64,000 nt of DNA from an uncultured Planctomycetaceae bacterium (lineage in GTDB: Bacteria; Planctomycetota; Planctomycetia; Planctomycetales; Planctomycetaceae), in NCBI GenBank assembly GCA_963813715.1, contig CAWFAK010000008.1, forward strand, positions 480,001 through 544,000, in the 5' to 3' direction. Position 1 is the first letter of the stretch. Every line of letters starts with the position of its first letter. Shown here piece by piece: positions 1 to 10,782 of this stretch. The translations under genes were made by a program, and so were the position numbers. The notes under the pieces were generated by a model. It was given only the letters and a program-made list of their open reading frames with translations, ran no database searches and was not told where the DNA came from.

Positions 1-219
1 CTGCAACAACCTGGCGATCCGCGCGTCTCGCGTTTTGGCCAGGTTCTCGATCGCGTCCTGGCGGTTGTCGGTGTTTTTGTCGGCCAGCCGCTGGACCTGC
101 TTGCGAATTTCTTCGTCCTGAGCGGAGACCCTGGCGGCGCAGGCGCAGAGCGACAGCAAAACGGCGACGGACAGCGCGGCGCGGACGCCCCTCCGATGGC
201 GAGTGTCAGTACGCGTCAC
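1..219 (-). CDS. 5' part of a secreted or membrane protein (signal peptide, HEAT-like helices); runs off the window edge
   Basis: Read by hand from GTG at 219: MTRTDTRHRRGVRAALSVAVLLSLCACAARVSAQDEEIRKQVQRLADKNTDNRQDAIENLAK...; open to position 1; Sec-type signal peptide pattern. Confidence 0.55.
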   Translation of the reverse strand, partial: MTRTDTRHRRGVRAALSVAVLLSLCACAARVSAQDEEIRKQVQRLADKNTDNRQDAIENLAKTRDARIARLLQ

Positions 220-710
220 AAGCGTCCTTCCTGCGTAGGATCGCGGACACAGGCCAGGAACTCAGGCGAGAGTCTCCAGACACAATCGCAATGGCAGCGC
301 GGTCGGCACCGCATTGCGGCCCCGAAGTCGTCGCGGATCCTGGCTCAATCGATCGGCGGGGCATTTGGCAAGCGCAACCATTCCGCCCGTGGTCTCGAGG
401 AGAGTCTCAGAGACAGGAGGGTTATCGGCGTGACATCACACCCGATTCAAATCGCAATTTCAATGCCACCTAGGCGTTCGAGCCGAGCCGATCGAGCGGG
501 CCGCGCTCGCATGGGCCGCGTTTCTGCGGATTTGGCGGCTCAAACACCGAGCGAGGCGGAGCCCGGCGGTCGCTGATTTTCCGACATCATCGCACGTGAT
601 GCAATGATTATCGGCATTCATGCATTTTGAATGGGCAGGCTCGTTGATCGCGGGCAAGCTGGGAACTTGCCCCACTGCGTGCCGGCGGCACAAGCTCCGA
701 CACTGCCCGT

Positions 711-917
711 TTAGAACAGCGGATAGATGAACGGCGCCGCACCCGTGCTGGAGAGAATGATCAGCAGGCCCACCAGGAGCAGCACCACGACAATCGGCGT
801 GATCCACCAAGCCTTGTTGTGCAACAGAAAGTCGACGAGCTCGCGCAAGAGGCTCGGCGACGACTGTTCGGCCTGGCGGGCAAAATCGTCCGACTTGGAC
901 GGGCTCTTCGTTGTCAT
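711..917 (-). CDS. DUF5989 / SxtK-like small membrane protein
   Basis: 68 aa; K-x-WW-x-x-P, hydrophobic helix, C-terminal APFIYPLF typical of the family; downstream of SxtJ-like gene. Confidence 0.85.
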   Translation of the reverse strand: MTTKSPSKSDDFARQAEQSSPSLLRELVDFLLHNKAWWITPIVVVLLLVGLLIILSSTGAAPFIYPLF

Positions 918-973
918 GCGACTGGCTCTGCCGAACGGTCGGTTCTCGGTGCGCCCGAATTGATACGGGCGGA

Positions 974-1384
974 TCAGTACTGGCGGAAATAGCGGGCTGG
1001 GTCGTGCTCCATGCGGCGAGGCTTCCAGTAAGTCTTTGCCGCGCGATCGAAGCCGCGCTCCATCGGATCACGACCGGTCAACCTCATTATAACGCCGACG
1101 GGAGTGACCACGAGGTAGAAAATGAGCGCCATCACGACGTGGGTGACAACCCAGCCGATCGGATAGTTGACGACCATCAACACGACCCAGAGAGGCCGCA
1201 AAGCTTGCGGAACCGTCAGGGCCAGGGCGGCGCAGACGAGTCCCACCCCGGCCACCGTCGCCCCCGCGGGGATCGATCCGGTGCGACGGAAGACGATCCA
1301 GCCGACGAGCGTTAGAAAGGCCAGCGCACACAGGCCGAAGACCCGCAGCTCTTTCTTCGTCGGATTGAGATTGAGATCAATCAC
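974..1384 (-). CDS. SxtJ family membrane protein
   Basis: ELRVFG, P-x-x-L-R-P-L-W, IFYLVVTPVG...GRDPM, TYWKPR...YFRQY motifs. Confidence 0.85.
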   Translation of the reverse strand: MIDLNLNPTKKELRVFGLCALAFLTLVGWIVFRRTGSIPAGATVAGVGLVCAALALTVPQALRPLWVVLMVVNYPIGWVVTHVVMALIFYLVVTPVGVIMRLTGRDPMERGFDRAAKTYWKPRRMEHDPARYFRQY

Positions 1385-1399
1385 GGGTGGTCCGATTCG

Positions 1400-3242
1400 T
1401 CAGTCCAGTTTGAATTCGGCGAGATACCGGTCACGGTCGACCGATTTGGCCGCCGCCTGCTCCTCTTTCAGCAGTACGAATTTTTCCAGCACCAACGCGT
1501 CGATGTTCGTGGCCATGAAGCAGCGATAGGCCTGCTCGGGCGTGTGCACGATCGGCTCGCCGCGGACGTTGAAGCTCGTGTTGATGATCACGGGCGACCC
1601 GGTCTGCCGCTCGAACGCTTTGAGGAGTTTGTAATAGCGGCCGTGCCGCTGGGCGTCGACGGTCTGGATGCGAGCCGAGTAATCGACGTGCGTGATGGCC
1701 GGCACGACCGAGCGCTTCGATTTGAGCTTGGCGATGCCCTGCAAGTCCCGGTCGCGGCCGTTCGGCTCGAACCGCTTTTCCTTGCGGACGGGCGCGACGA
1801 GCAGCATGTACGGGCTCGGCTCGTTGGGCCGCGTCTCGAAGAACTCGTCGACCCGCTCCTCGAGCACCGACGGCGCGAAAGGGCGGAACGATTCGCGAAA
1901 CTTGATCTTGAGGTTCATCGTCGACTGCATCTGCTCGCTGCGGGCGTCGCCCAGAATGCTGCGGGCGCCCAGCGCGCGGGGGCCGAACTCCATCCGTCCC
2001 GACATCCAGCCGACGACTTTTTCGTCCGGCGATCAGTCCGGCGACGGCGTCGCAGAGCGCGTCTTCCTTTTCGTAGTAGTGGTAGCTTCGCGCCGACGCC
2101 GTCGAGAAAGCCGCGAATTTCGTCGTCGGAGAACTGCGGACCCAGGTACGAGCCGCGCTGGGCGTCGTGCGGCTGAGGTTGCCGCGGGTTTGTCGAGCAG
2201 CTGGTGCCAGATGAAGAGCGCGACGCCGAGCGCTCCCCCGCGTCCCCGGCGGCCGGCTGAATCCATAGATCCTCGAACGGTCCCTCGCGGAGAATCCGGC
2301 CGTTGGCCACGCAGTTGAGCGCGACGCCGCCGGCCAGGCAGAGCTTCTTCTGGCCCGTTTCCGCGTGCACGTGCCGAGCCATCCGCAGCAGGATTTCTTC
2401 GGTGACCACCTGGATCGACGCGGCCATGTCCATGTCGCGCTGCGTGAGCAGCGTCTCGGGCTGGCGGGGCGGGCCGCCGAAGAGCTGGTCGAACTTCTTC
2501 GACGTCATCGTCAGCCCCTGGCAGTAGTTGAAGTACGACATGTCCATGCGGAACGAGCCGTCGTCCTTCAGGTCGATGAGCTTGTCGAGAATCAGGTCGA
2601 CGTGCTTGGGCTCGCCGTAGGGGGCCAGGCCCATCAGCTTGTATTCGCCCGAATTGACCTTGAAGCCGCAGTAATAGGTGAAGGCCGAATAGAGCATGCC
2701 CGGCGAATGCGGGAAGTGGAGCTGGTGCGTCAGCTCGATGCGGTTGCCTGTGCCCGTGCCGTAACTGGCCGTCGCCCACTCGCCGACGCCGTCGACGGTG
2801 AGGATGGCCGCCTCCTCAAAGGGCGAAGGGAAGAACGCGCTGGCCGCGTGCGACTCGTGGTGCTCGGTGAAGATGTACCGCTTGCGATAGGCGTGCGCCC
2901 AGCCCGCGGTTGAGCTCCCGCCGCAGGTAGATCTTTTTCTTCAGCCAGAGCGGCATCGCCTGCAGGAACGACTGCGAAGCCGACGGGGGCGTAGGCGAGA
3001 TACGTCTCCAGCAGCCGCTCGAATTTCAGAAACGGCTTGTCGTAGAAGCCGACGTAGTCGAGCTGATCGGCCCGCAGGCCGGCTTCGCGCAGGCAGAACT
3101 CGATCGCGTGCTGCGGAAAGCCTTCGTCGTGCTTCTTGCGGGTGAAGCGCTCTTCCTGGGCCGCCGCGACGACTTCACCATCGACGACCAGTGCCGCGGC
3201 CGAGTCGTGGTAAAACGCCGAGATGCCCAGGATCGCGGTCAT
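1400..3242 (-). CDS. Carbamoyltransferase, NodU/CmcH (SxtI-like) family; split by several frameshifts
   Basis: [74 protein letters not shown] spread over ORFs 2730-3242, 1915-2697, 2033-2779, 1400-2005. Confidence 0.9.
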
Positions 3243-3255
3243 GGGGGAATCGTGC

Positions 3256-4864
3256 CTATTCCCATTCGATCGTGCTGGGCGGCTTGGAGCTGACGTCGTA
3301 CACGACCCGGTTGACGCCGCGGACGTTGTTGATGATGCGGCTCGACATCCGCTGCAGAACTTCCGCCGGCATGGGGTACCAGTCGGCCGTCATGAAATCG
3401 GTCGTCTGCACGGCCCGCACGGCGATCACGTCTTCGTAGGTGCGGCCGTCCCCCATCACTCCCACCGATTGCACGGGCAACAGCACGGCGAACGCCTGTT
3501 GCACCTTGCGATCGAGGCCGGACTTCTTGAGCTCGTCGAGCACGATCAAAGTCGGCCTCCCGCAACGTCACCAGGCGGGGTTCGCTGACCGCTCCCAGAC
3601 ACCGCACGGCCAAACCCGGGCCGGGGAACGGGTGCCGCCAAATGAGTTCCTCGGGCAGGCCGAGAGCCAGACCCATGTTGCGGACTTCGTCCTTGAACAG
3701 GTCGCGTAAGGGCTCGATTAGCTCGAAACCCAGCTCTTCCGGCAGGCCGCCGACGTTGTGATGGGCCTTGATCGTCGCAGCCGGTCCGTCCGGGTTCGCT
3801 CCCGATTCGATGACGTCGGGGTAGACCGTCCCTTGCGCGAGGAACTTGGCGTTCGGAATCGACAGGGCCTCGTTGCGGAAGACTTCGATGAAGACGCGGC
3901 CGATGATCTTCCGCTTGGTTTGCGGGTCTGTGACCCCGGCCAACGCCGACAGAAAGCGTTCGCGCGCGTCGACCACGTGCAAATCGGTTTTGAAGTGGTG
4001 CGTGAAGCGGTGCCTGACTTCGTCGGCCTCGCCTTTTCGCAGCAGGCCGTTGTCGACGAAGATGCACGAGAGCTGCGAGCCAATCGCCCGGTACAAGAGG
4101 GCCGCGGTCACCGAGGAATCGACTCCGCCGGAAAGGCCGCAAATCACCCGATCCGATCCGACGCGGGTGCGAATCGATTCGACTTCGCGGTCGATCAGCG
4201 AGCTCAGCTTCCACGTGCCGTTGCAGCCGCAGATTTGACGGACGAAATTCCCCAACAGCTCGCTGCCGTGCTCGGTGTGCGTGACTTCGGGGTGAAACTG
4301 CAGGCCGTAGATCGGCAACTTTCGGTGCCGAACGGCGGCGAAGGGGCAGGTATCGGTGGCGGCGAGCGACTCGAAACTGTCGCTTAGCTCGTCGACCTGG
4401 TCGCCGTGGTTCATCCAAACCGAGATCTGGTCCGGCAGGTGGTGGAAGAGGCCGTTGTGTTCGCGAATGCGGCACGTGGTGCGTCCGAACTCGCGCGACG
4501 TCCCCGCCCGCACTTGGCTGCCGAGAGCCCGGCAGGCCCAGTTCATGCCGTAGCAGATTCCCAGAACGGGAATGCCCAATTCAAAAATCTCGGGATCGGG
4601 TTCGGGAGCGCGGTCTTCATACACGCTGGCCGGGCCGCCGGAGAGGATCAACCCTCGCGGGTTCAGGTCGCGGATTCGCTGCGCCGACAGGTCGTGCCGC
4701 ACGAGCTGGCAGAAGACGTTTTGATCGCGGATCCGCCGGGCGATGAGTTGTGCCGTCTGCCCGCCGAAATCGAGCACCAGGACGCGCTCGTCGCCAGACG
4801 TGTCGAGCAGACCGCGGTAAGGGGCGGAAGACTTGTCGGCTGACACTTCGACGGGTTTCCCCAA
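3256..4864 (-). CDS. guaA: GMP synthase (glutamine-hydrolysing); one frameshift near 3549
   Basis: [45 protein letters not shown]-terminus [10 protein letters not shown] in ORF 3256-3549. Confidence 0.97.
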
Positions 4865-4933
4865 GCTTAGTCCTACAAATCGGCGAGCCGGAGGCGGGCA
4901 GCCCCCGGCTCGTCGCTCACAATTCGGTCGAGC

Positions 4934-5001
4934 CGGAGGCGAGGCATCCTGCCGAGCTGCAGTCGTGTCAAAAAACGGCTCTGCGGGAGCTTCGCCCTCC
5001 C
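4934..5001. repeat. REP-like palindromic element (GGGAGGGCGAAGCTCCTGCCGAGCCG family), degenerate copy
   Basis: gcgaggcatcctgccgagc ... acggctctgcgggagcttcgccctccc; related to 8197-8275. Confidence 0.6.
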
Positions 5002-5006
5002 AACGC

Positions 5007-6545
5007 TTAGATCTGAACGGTGACGGTCTTCACCTCGGTGTAGTTCTGCAGGCCGTATTCGCCCAGCTCGCGGCCGATGCCCGACTGCTTGAAGCCGCCG
5101 AACGGGGCCGCCGCGTCGAACACGTCGTAGCAGTTGACCCAGACCGTGCCGGCTCGCAGCCGTGCGGCAATAGCATGAGCCTTGCTGACGTCTTTGGTCC
5201 AAACGGCCGCGGCCAGGCCGTAGGTCGTGTTGTTGGCACGGCGGACGACCTCATCGATGTTCTTGAAGGGAATGATGCTCATGACGGGCCCGAAGATCTC
5301 CTCGCGGGAAATCTTCATCTCGTCTTTCACGTCGGTAAAGATCGTCGGGCTGATGAAGTAGCCACGATCGCCGACGCGTTTGCCGCCGCAGAGCATCTTC
5401 GCGCCTTCGCGCTTGCCCGCGTCGATGTAGCCCATGACCTTCTGGAACTGCTCGTCGGAGACTTGCGGTCCCTGCTCGGTCGTCGGATCGAACGGATCGC
5501 CCACCTTGCGATTCTTGGTGAGCGACACGACCTTGTCGACGAACTTGTCGTGAACCGACTGTTCGACAAACAGCCGGCTGCCGGCACAGCAGCACTGTCC
5601 CTGGTTGAAGAACAGGCCGAAGTGCGAGCCCTGAGCGGCCGCGTCGAGATCGGTGTCGGCAAACACGATGTTCGGGCTCTTGCCGCCCAGCTCGAGCGTC
5701 ACCCGCTTGAGGTTGGACTGGGCCGAAGCCTCCATGATCATGTGGCCGACTTCGGTCGAGCCGGTGAAGGCCACCTTGTCGATCCCCATGTGCCGCGAGA
5801 TCGCCTGGCCGGCGGTCGGACCGTAGCCCGGCAGCAGGTTGACGACGCCCGGCGGAAAACCGGCTTCCTGGATCAACTCGCCGACGCGGAGCGCGGACAG
5901 CGGCGTCTGCTCGGCCGGCTTCATCACGACCGTGCAGCCGCAGGCGAGCGCCGGACCGAGCTTCCAGGCCTGCATCAACAGCGGGAAGTTCCAGGGAATG
6001 ATCTGGCCCACGACGCCCACCGGCTCGTGCCGCGTGTAGCAGAAGTAGGGTCCGTTGACCGGAATCGTTTTGCCGTGAATTTTGTCGGCCCAGCCCGCGT
6101 AGTAGCGGTAGCAGGCGATCGTCAGCGGCAGGTCGGCATTGCGCGAATCGCTGATCGGCTTGCCGTTGTCGAGCGTTTCGAGTGCGGCCAGTTCGTCGAT
6201 GTTCTTTTCGAGGAGGTCGGCCAGCTTGTGCATCAAGCGGCCGCGCTCGGAAGCGCTCGTCTTCGACCAGGCACCGGTCTCGAACGCCGCGCGGGCCGCG
6301 TCGACGGCCTTATCGACGTCGGCCTTGTCGGCCTCGGCCACGTGGGCGATCACTTCGCCGGTGGACGGATTCGTCGTCTCGAAGGTCTTGCCGCTGGCGG
6401 CATTCACCCATTTGCCGTCGATCAGCAGCTTGGTCTGCCGCACTTTGGGGTGCGCCGGATGCTTCTTGCCGTTGGTTTGTTTTTCTTTGGAACTGCCGTT
6501 CTTGGCATTTTTTGTCGTGGCACGTTTCGTCGTTGCGGTCGCCAT
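5007..6545 (-). CDS. NAD(P)-dependent aldehyde dehydrogenase (ALDH1/2-like)
   Basis: [46 protein letters not shown]; intact 512 aa. Confidence 0.96.
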   Translation of the reverse strand: MATATTKRATTKNAKNGSSKEKQTNGKKHPAHPKVRQTKLLIDGKWVNAASGKTFETTNPSTGEVIAHVAEADKADVDKAVDAARAAFETGAWSKTSASERGRLMHKLADLLEKNIDELAALETLDNGKPISDSRNADLPLTIACYRYYAGWADKIHGKTIPVNGPYFCYTRHEPVGVVGQIIPWNFPLLMQAWKLGPALACGCTVVMKPAEQTPLSALRVGELIQEAGFPPGVVNLLPGYGPTAGQAISRHMGIDKVAFTGSTEVGHMIMEASAQSNLKRVTLELGGKSPNIVFADTDLDAAAQGSHFGLFFNQGQCCCAGSRLFVEQSVHDKFVDKVVSLTKNRKVGDPFDPTTEQGPQVSDEQFQKVMGYIDAGKREGAKMLCGGKRVGDRGYFISPTIFTDVKDEMKISREEIFGPVMSIIPFKNIDEVVRRANNTTYGLAAAVWTKDVSKAHAIAARLRAGTVWVNCYDVFDAAAPFGGFKQSGIGRELGEYGLQNYTEVKTVTVQI

Positions 6546-6726
6546 TCCCAGACTCCTTCACAACGTCCCCGCGCCCCGGGGACTTCAGCCGTTGAATTTC
6601 GCCCGAAAAGGATAATTTCGCCTCGCCTGTTGGAATGGTAACACCCGGATCGTTGGACGGCAAAGATTCGCGTTTTGACGGCTCCGGGATGGCCGTTTTG
6701 ACCGCCAGACCAGCCTGAAAAGCCGC

Positions 6727-8144
6727 TCAAACTTGGATGACGATCCACTTCCCCCGCACGTACCAGACCGTGGCCATCAGGGCCCGAATTCCCAGGTCCG
6801 AACACATCCCGACCCAGGCCCCAAACAGGCCGCCGTTGAGCCAAACGCCGCAAATGTAGGCCAGCGGAAGCCGAACGACAAAAATCCCCACGAGATTGAT
6901 CCACAGGGGAAACCGCGTGTCCCCCGCACCACGCAAAGCGTGGACGTAAACCGTGCCGACGACGAGCGGGATCTGGAACAGGGCGAGCAGCTTAAATGCC
7001 GGGATCCCGATGGCCACGACCTGGGGATCCTTGTGCATGAAGTGGTAAATCGGCTGCGCGGCCAGATAGAAGACGACCGTCATCGCGCCGGCGAGCAGGC
7101 TGCATTGCAGCGCTCCGGCATGTCCGGCACGTTTGGCTCGTCGCGGATCGCCGGCGCCCAGCGCCTGGCCGACCATCGCGGCGGCGGCAAAGCCCCAGGC
7201 ATCCGCCGGCAGATAGGTGAGGGCTTCCACACGAATGCCCACAAAGTGCGCCGCCAACGAAACGTCGTCGGCAACCTCGCCGTTGCCCCGCGCGACGACC
7301 ATCAGAAACAGGAAGATGCCGATCCAAGTCAGGGCCCCGTCGGCCGCGGCCGGAACTCCGGTTCTCATGATCCGCGCGACCATCTCGCCGCGGAGTCGCC
7401 ACTCTCGGAGAACCAGCCGCAGTCGGCCGAAACCGCGGGCAAAGCCGGCGACGATCAGCACCCCGCCGAAAATGCGGGCCGTCACCGTGCCCATCACGAT
7501 CCCATTCACTCCGAACTTGGGGATCGGGCCGAAGCCGTAGACATAGGCGGTGGCGGCAATCACGTTGACGATGCCGACCAGCGCGTAAATGAACATCGGC
7601 GTCCGCATGTCGCCCGACGCTCGGAGAATCGCCCCGCCGACAAACGTAAAGCTGAGGAAGGAATAGCAGATCGAATCGACCCGCAGGTAATAGATCGCGA
7701 TCTCGCGCGACTCTCCCTGCATGCCGAGCAGCATGGTGAATAGCGGGGCGGACAGGTACATCAGCGCGCTCACCGCCAGGCCCATCACCGAGGCCAGTGC
7801 CAAGGCCCGGTTGGTCGTGCGGTTGGCGTCGTCAAACTCGCCGGCGCCCCAATGACGGGCGACGATGGCGGCCGCCCCGATGCCGACCAGTCGAAACAGC
7901 ATCCCGCCCGAGCCAGTCGACATAGGTCGCCAGGCCGACGGCGTCGGTCGCGGCCGCGCTGATTTCGCCGGAGAGCCACGTGTCGTAGAAGCCGACGAAG
8001 AACGTCAGCAGCTGTTCGAGCAGGGCGGGCAGGGCCAGCGCGAACATCGTCGCGTGGACGCTTCCGGCCACGATGCCGCCGGCCGCTAGCGCCGGGCGCA
8101 GCCGACGGGACGGACGCGGCAGCTTCCGAGGCTGAGTCAGACAT
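6727..8144 (-). CDS. MATE family efflux transporter; 5' end frameshifted
   Basis: ALALPALLEQ...DTWL, LRASGDMRTPM, VGQALGAGD, LRGAGDTRFP; ATG at 8144 (MSDSASEAA). Confidence 0.88.
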
Positions 8145-8196
8145 CGTCCGTCGGCTGTCCTCTCCGCCGCACCAGGCCAACAAACTCGTTCACGTT

Positions 8197-8275
8197 TGGG
8201 AGGGCGAAGCTCCTGCCGAGCCGTTTACTGCGTGTTTGCGCCGGATGACGGCTCGTCGGGAGCCTCGCCCTCCCA
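8197..8275. repeat. REP-like inverted pair
   Basis: tgggagggcgaagctcctgccgagccgt ... acggctcgtcgggagcctcgccctccca form a long imperfect hairpin. Confidence 0.75.
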
Positions 8276-8299
8276 TCTGGCGAAGTACTTCGACAGCCG

Positions 8300-9668
8300 T
8301 CAGGCGAGCAATCCGTCGCCGCGCAGCAGGTCGATCGCGTGGGAAAACGCACCCACCGTTCGCTCCAAGTCGTCGGAATTATGCGCCGAGGAGGTCGACC
8401 CGCTCCAGCCCATCCAGTCGACACCGCCCAAGAGCAACGCACAGCGGACGGCATGCGACAGCGTCGAGTCGAACTTGCGGTCGAGCCGGCGATAGTCGTT
8501 GCCGTAGGGGACGAAGTCGTCGCCCGACGGGCGTGGACCGTCGTACTCGGGCAAAATCTTCACCGCTGAGTAGCGACCATACGAGACCCAGTTGACGCCT
8601 TTGCGCTCAAACAGCTCGTTGAGACCTTCCCGCAACGCCCGCCCTGCCTCGTTCGCGGCGCGACACGGATCGGCCGACGACGCGACGATCGACAGGGCCG
8701 CGCAACCGGCCGCCGCCGAGAGCGGGTTGCCGTTGTACGTGCCCGGATGCTTCATCTTCTGGCCGTAGCGGTTGTTGAAGGCCAGCACCTGCATCACGTC
8801 GGCACTTCCTACGAGACAGCCGCCCGGCAACCCGCCGGCGAGCACCTTGGCGAACGTGCTCAAGTCAGGTTCGATCCCGCAAATCGACTGAAATCCACCC
8901 GGAGCGACGCGAAAACCGGTGATCACCTCGTCCAGGATCAACAGTACTCCTTTCTCGCGCGTCAGGGAGCGGAGTTGTCGCAAGAATTCGGGATCGGCCG
9001 GGACGGCCCCCCAGTGCGCACCGTTGCCTTCGTGAATCACACAGGCCGGCTCGTGGTCGTCGATCGCCTGGGCGACGGCGTCCAGATCGTTGGGCGGCAC
9101 CAGCACGAGGTCGCCCACGACGCCGTCGGTCACGCCCGGCGTGGGATAATCGGGGTTGTCATGCGGCGGTTCGGCGGCCGGCAACAAAGCGTCGTGCCAG
9201 CCGTGAAAGTGCCCCATGAATTTCACGACTTTGGTCCGCCCGGTGGCGATCCGCGCCACGCGCAGCGCCATCAACGTCGCCTCGGTGCCGCTGTTGGTGA
9301 AGCGAATCTGCTCGGCCGAGGGGACCAGCCGCTGAATCCACTCGCCCCATTCGAGTTCCAGCTCATGACAAGCGCCCGGATGAGTGGCGAGCCCAACCTG
9401 CCGCCGCACCGCCTCGACGACTGCGGGATGGCTGTGCCCCAAGAGGAGCGCCCGTGGCCCATCCAGTAATCGACAAGTTCGTTGCCGTCGACGTCCCATT
9501 TCCGCGCCCGGCCGCGCGATCGACATAGATCGGAAACGGCTCGAGATACCGCGCGTCGTGCGTCACGCCGTTGGGAAACAGCTTGCCGGCCCGCTCATAC
9601 AGCCGCTGCGAACCGCCGAACTTCGCGAGATACGCGGATTGAATGCGACTCAACGTGGCTTGCGACAC
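8300..9668 (-). CDS. Class-III PLP aminotransferase (glutamate-1-semialdehyde aminomutase-like); one frameshift near 9500
   Basis: PNGVTHDARY, NSGTEATLMALRVAR, GHFHGWHD, DEVITGFR, TFAKVLAGG, GTYNGNP. Confidence 0.88.
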
Positions 9669-9868
9669 CGCTGCTCCTTTTTGTGGACGTAGCCCGAACG
9701 CCGCCCCCGTTCAAGGCATTCTCTAAACCCCTCGATCGGCAGGCAACAACGGTGGAAAACTTTCCCTGGTTGTTTATGAGCGCGTAGAAACTCGCTCAGG
9801 GCGCCGCCGCCTCCCTAGTGCTCCGTCTACCGCTAAATGACAATGTGGGTGCCATTGCCGGGGAATTC

Positions 9869-9968
9869 GGTGTGGCACGCCCTGAAAGGGCGTGCAAACG
9901 TCTCGCGGCGTGACTTTCTTGTCCATGCCGCCCCCCCACGCCCTTCCTGTCGTCAGGGCGTGCCACCC
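9869..9968. repeat. REP-like inverted pair (GTGGCACGCCCTGA family)
   Basis: gtggcacgccctga...agggcgtg and cacgccct...tcagggcgtgccac. Confidence 0.7.
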
Positions 9969-10019
9969 AATCGGCGCTCAACGGGCGCCCAAGGCGCCTG
10001 ATGATGTCCGAAAACTCGA

Positions 10020-10056
10020 GTGCCACGGCTGAGCCGTTTCGGTTCAACCGTGGCAC
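10020..10056. repeat. REP-like hairpin
   Basis: GTGCCACGG-CTGAGCCG-TTT-CGGTTCAA-CCGTGGCAC. Confidence 0.7.
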
Positions 10057-10300
10057 CCAAGGCAGATTCCCCCGTCTGCATTCCGGCCGAGCGACCGCGA
10101 AACCTGAGCGGCGTAGAAAACCGATCTTGGTTGGTTGGCAATTTGTGGCAGAATGGAGTTTGGCCCCGTCGTGACGGCCGAGATCGGCTTGCGCCGGGGA
10201 TGAAATCGCCGCAACGCCGTTGAGTGGGCACCGCCGAGAATCCGCGGACGCCTGACAGCGGGCATTCGGGATCGGCGGGCATTCGGTGATCGGATGATGA

Positions 10301-10740
10301 CAGGTCCGGTCCGGACCCCGCATTCGCACACGGAGACCGGCATTTGCAACACGAGGACCCGCGGTCGCGGACCGGTCGGCGAGCCTGAGGGTTCGACCCA
10401 AGGCAACCGGGTGCCGGTCTCGCCGGTTGGCACAAAACGTCGAGTCAGGTCCGGTCCGGTCTAATCTTCACAAATTCGGATTTAGACCGGGGTTAAACGG
10501 CGCAGCGGATGCGGTTTAGGACGAAGTCTGAATCCGGTCCGGACACGTTCGTTTGAACAAGGAGACCTGGCAGTTTCGGACTTGGCGGCGAGCCTGACGG
10601 CTCGACCCCGGCTTGGCTCGACTGTAAGCACAATACGTCGAGTCAGGTCCGGTCCGGTCTAATCTTCACAATTCGGATTTAGACCGGGGTTAAACGGCCC
10701 AGTGGATGCGGTTTGTGGCGAAGTCTGAATCCGGTCCGGA
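10301..10740. repeat. ~200-bp tandem repeat with internal palindromes; last unit interrupted by the IS and resumed at 13663
   Basis: acgtcgagtcaggtccggtccggtctaatcttcacaa...gaagtctgaatccggtccgga at 10437-10543 and 10636-10740; shorter related unit from 10301. Confidence 0.85.
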
Positions 10741-10782
10741 GGTAATGGGGTACTTTGAAATAGTTTGAAACGACCCCACCCC

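Noticed and set aside
711..3242. Saxitoxin biosynthesis cluster
   Set aside because: Only sxtI/J/K-like genes; no sxtA, sxtG or other core genes in the window
3540..3560. Programmed frameshift or phase variation in guaA and other split genes
   Set aside because: No slippery site plus stimulatory structure; breaks are scattered across unrelated genes, as expected for sequencing indels
4833..6641. Long plus-strand ORF of 602 aa (also 14786-17185, 23668-25992, 33313-35121 and the 5' part of 49312-52392)
   Set aside because: Antisense shadows of well-supported genes in GC-rich DNA; no recognisable motifs
9796..10435. ORFs of 129-201 aa in the repeat-rich intergenic region
   Set aside because: Run through palindromic repeats, Arg/Pro-rich composition, no motifs
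10301..10740. CRISPR array
   Set aside because: Repeats about 100 bp, intervening segments are homologous to each other, only 2-3 units, no cas genes
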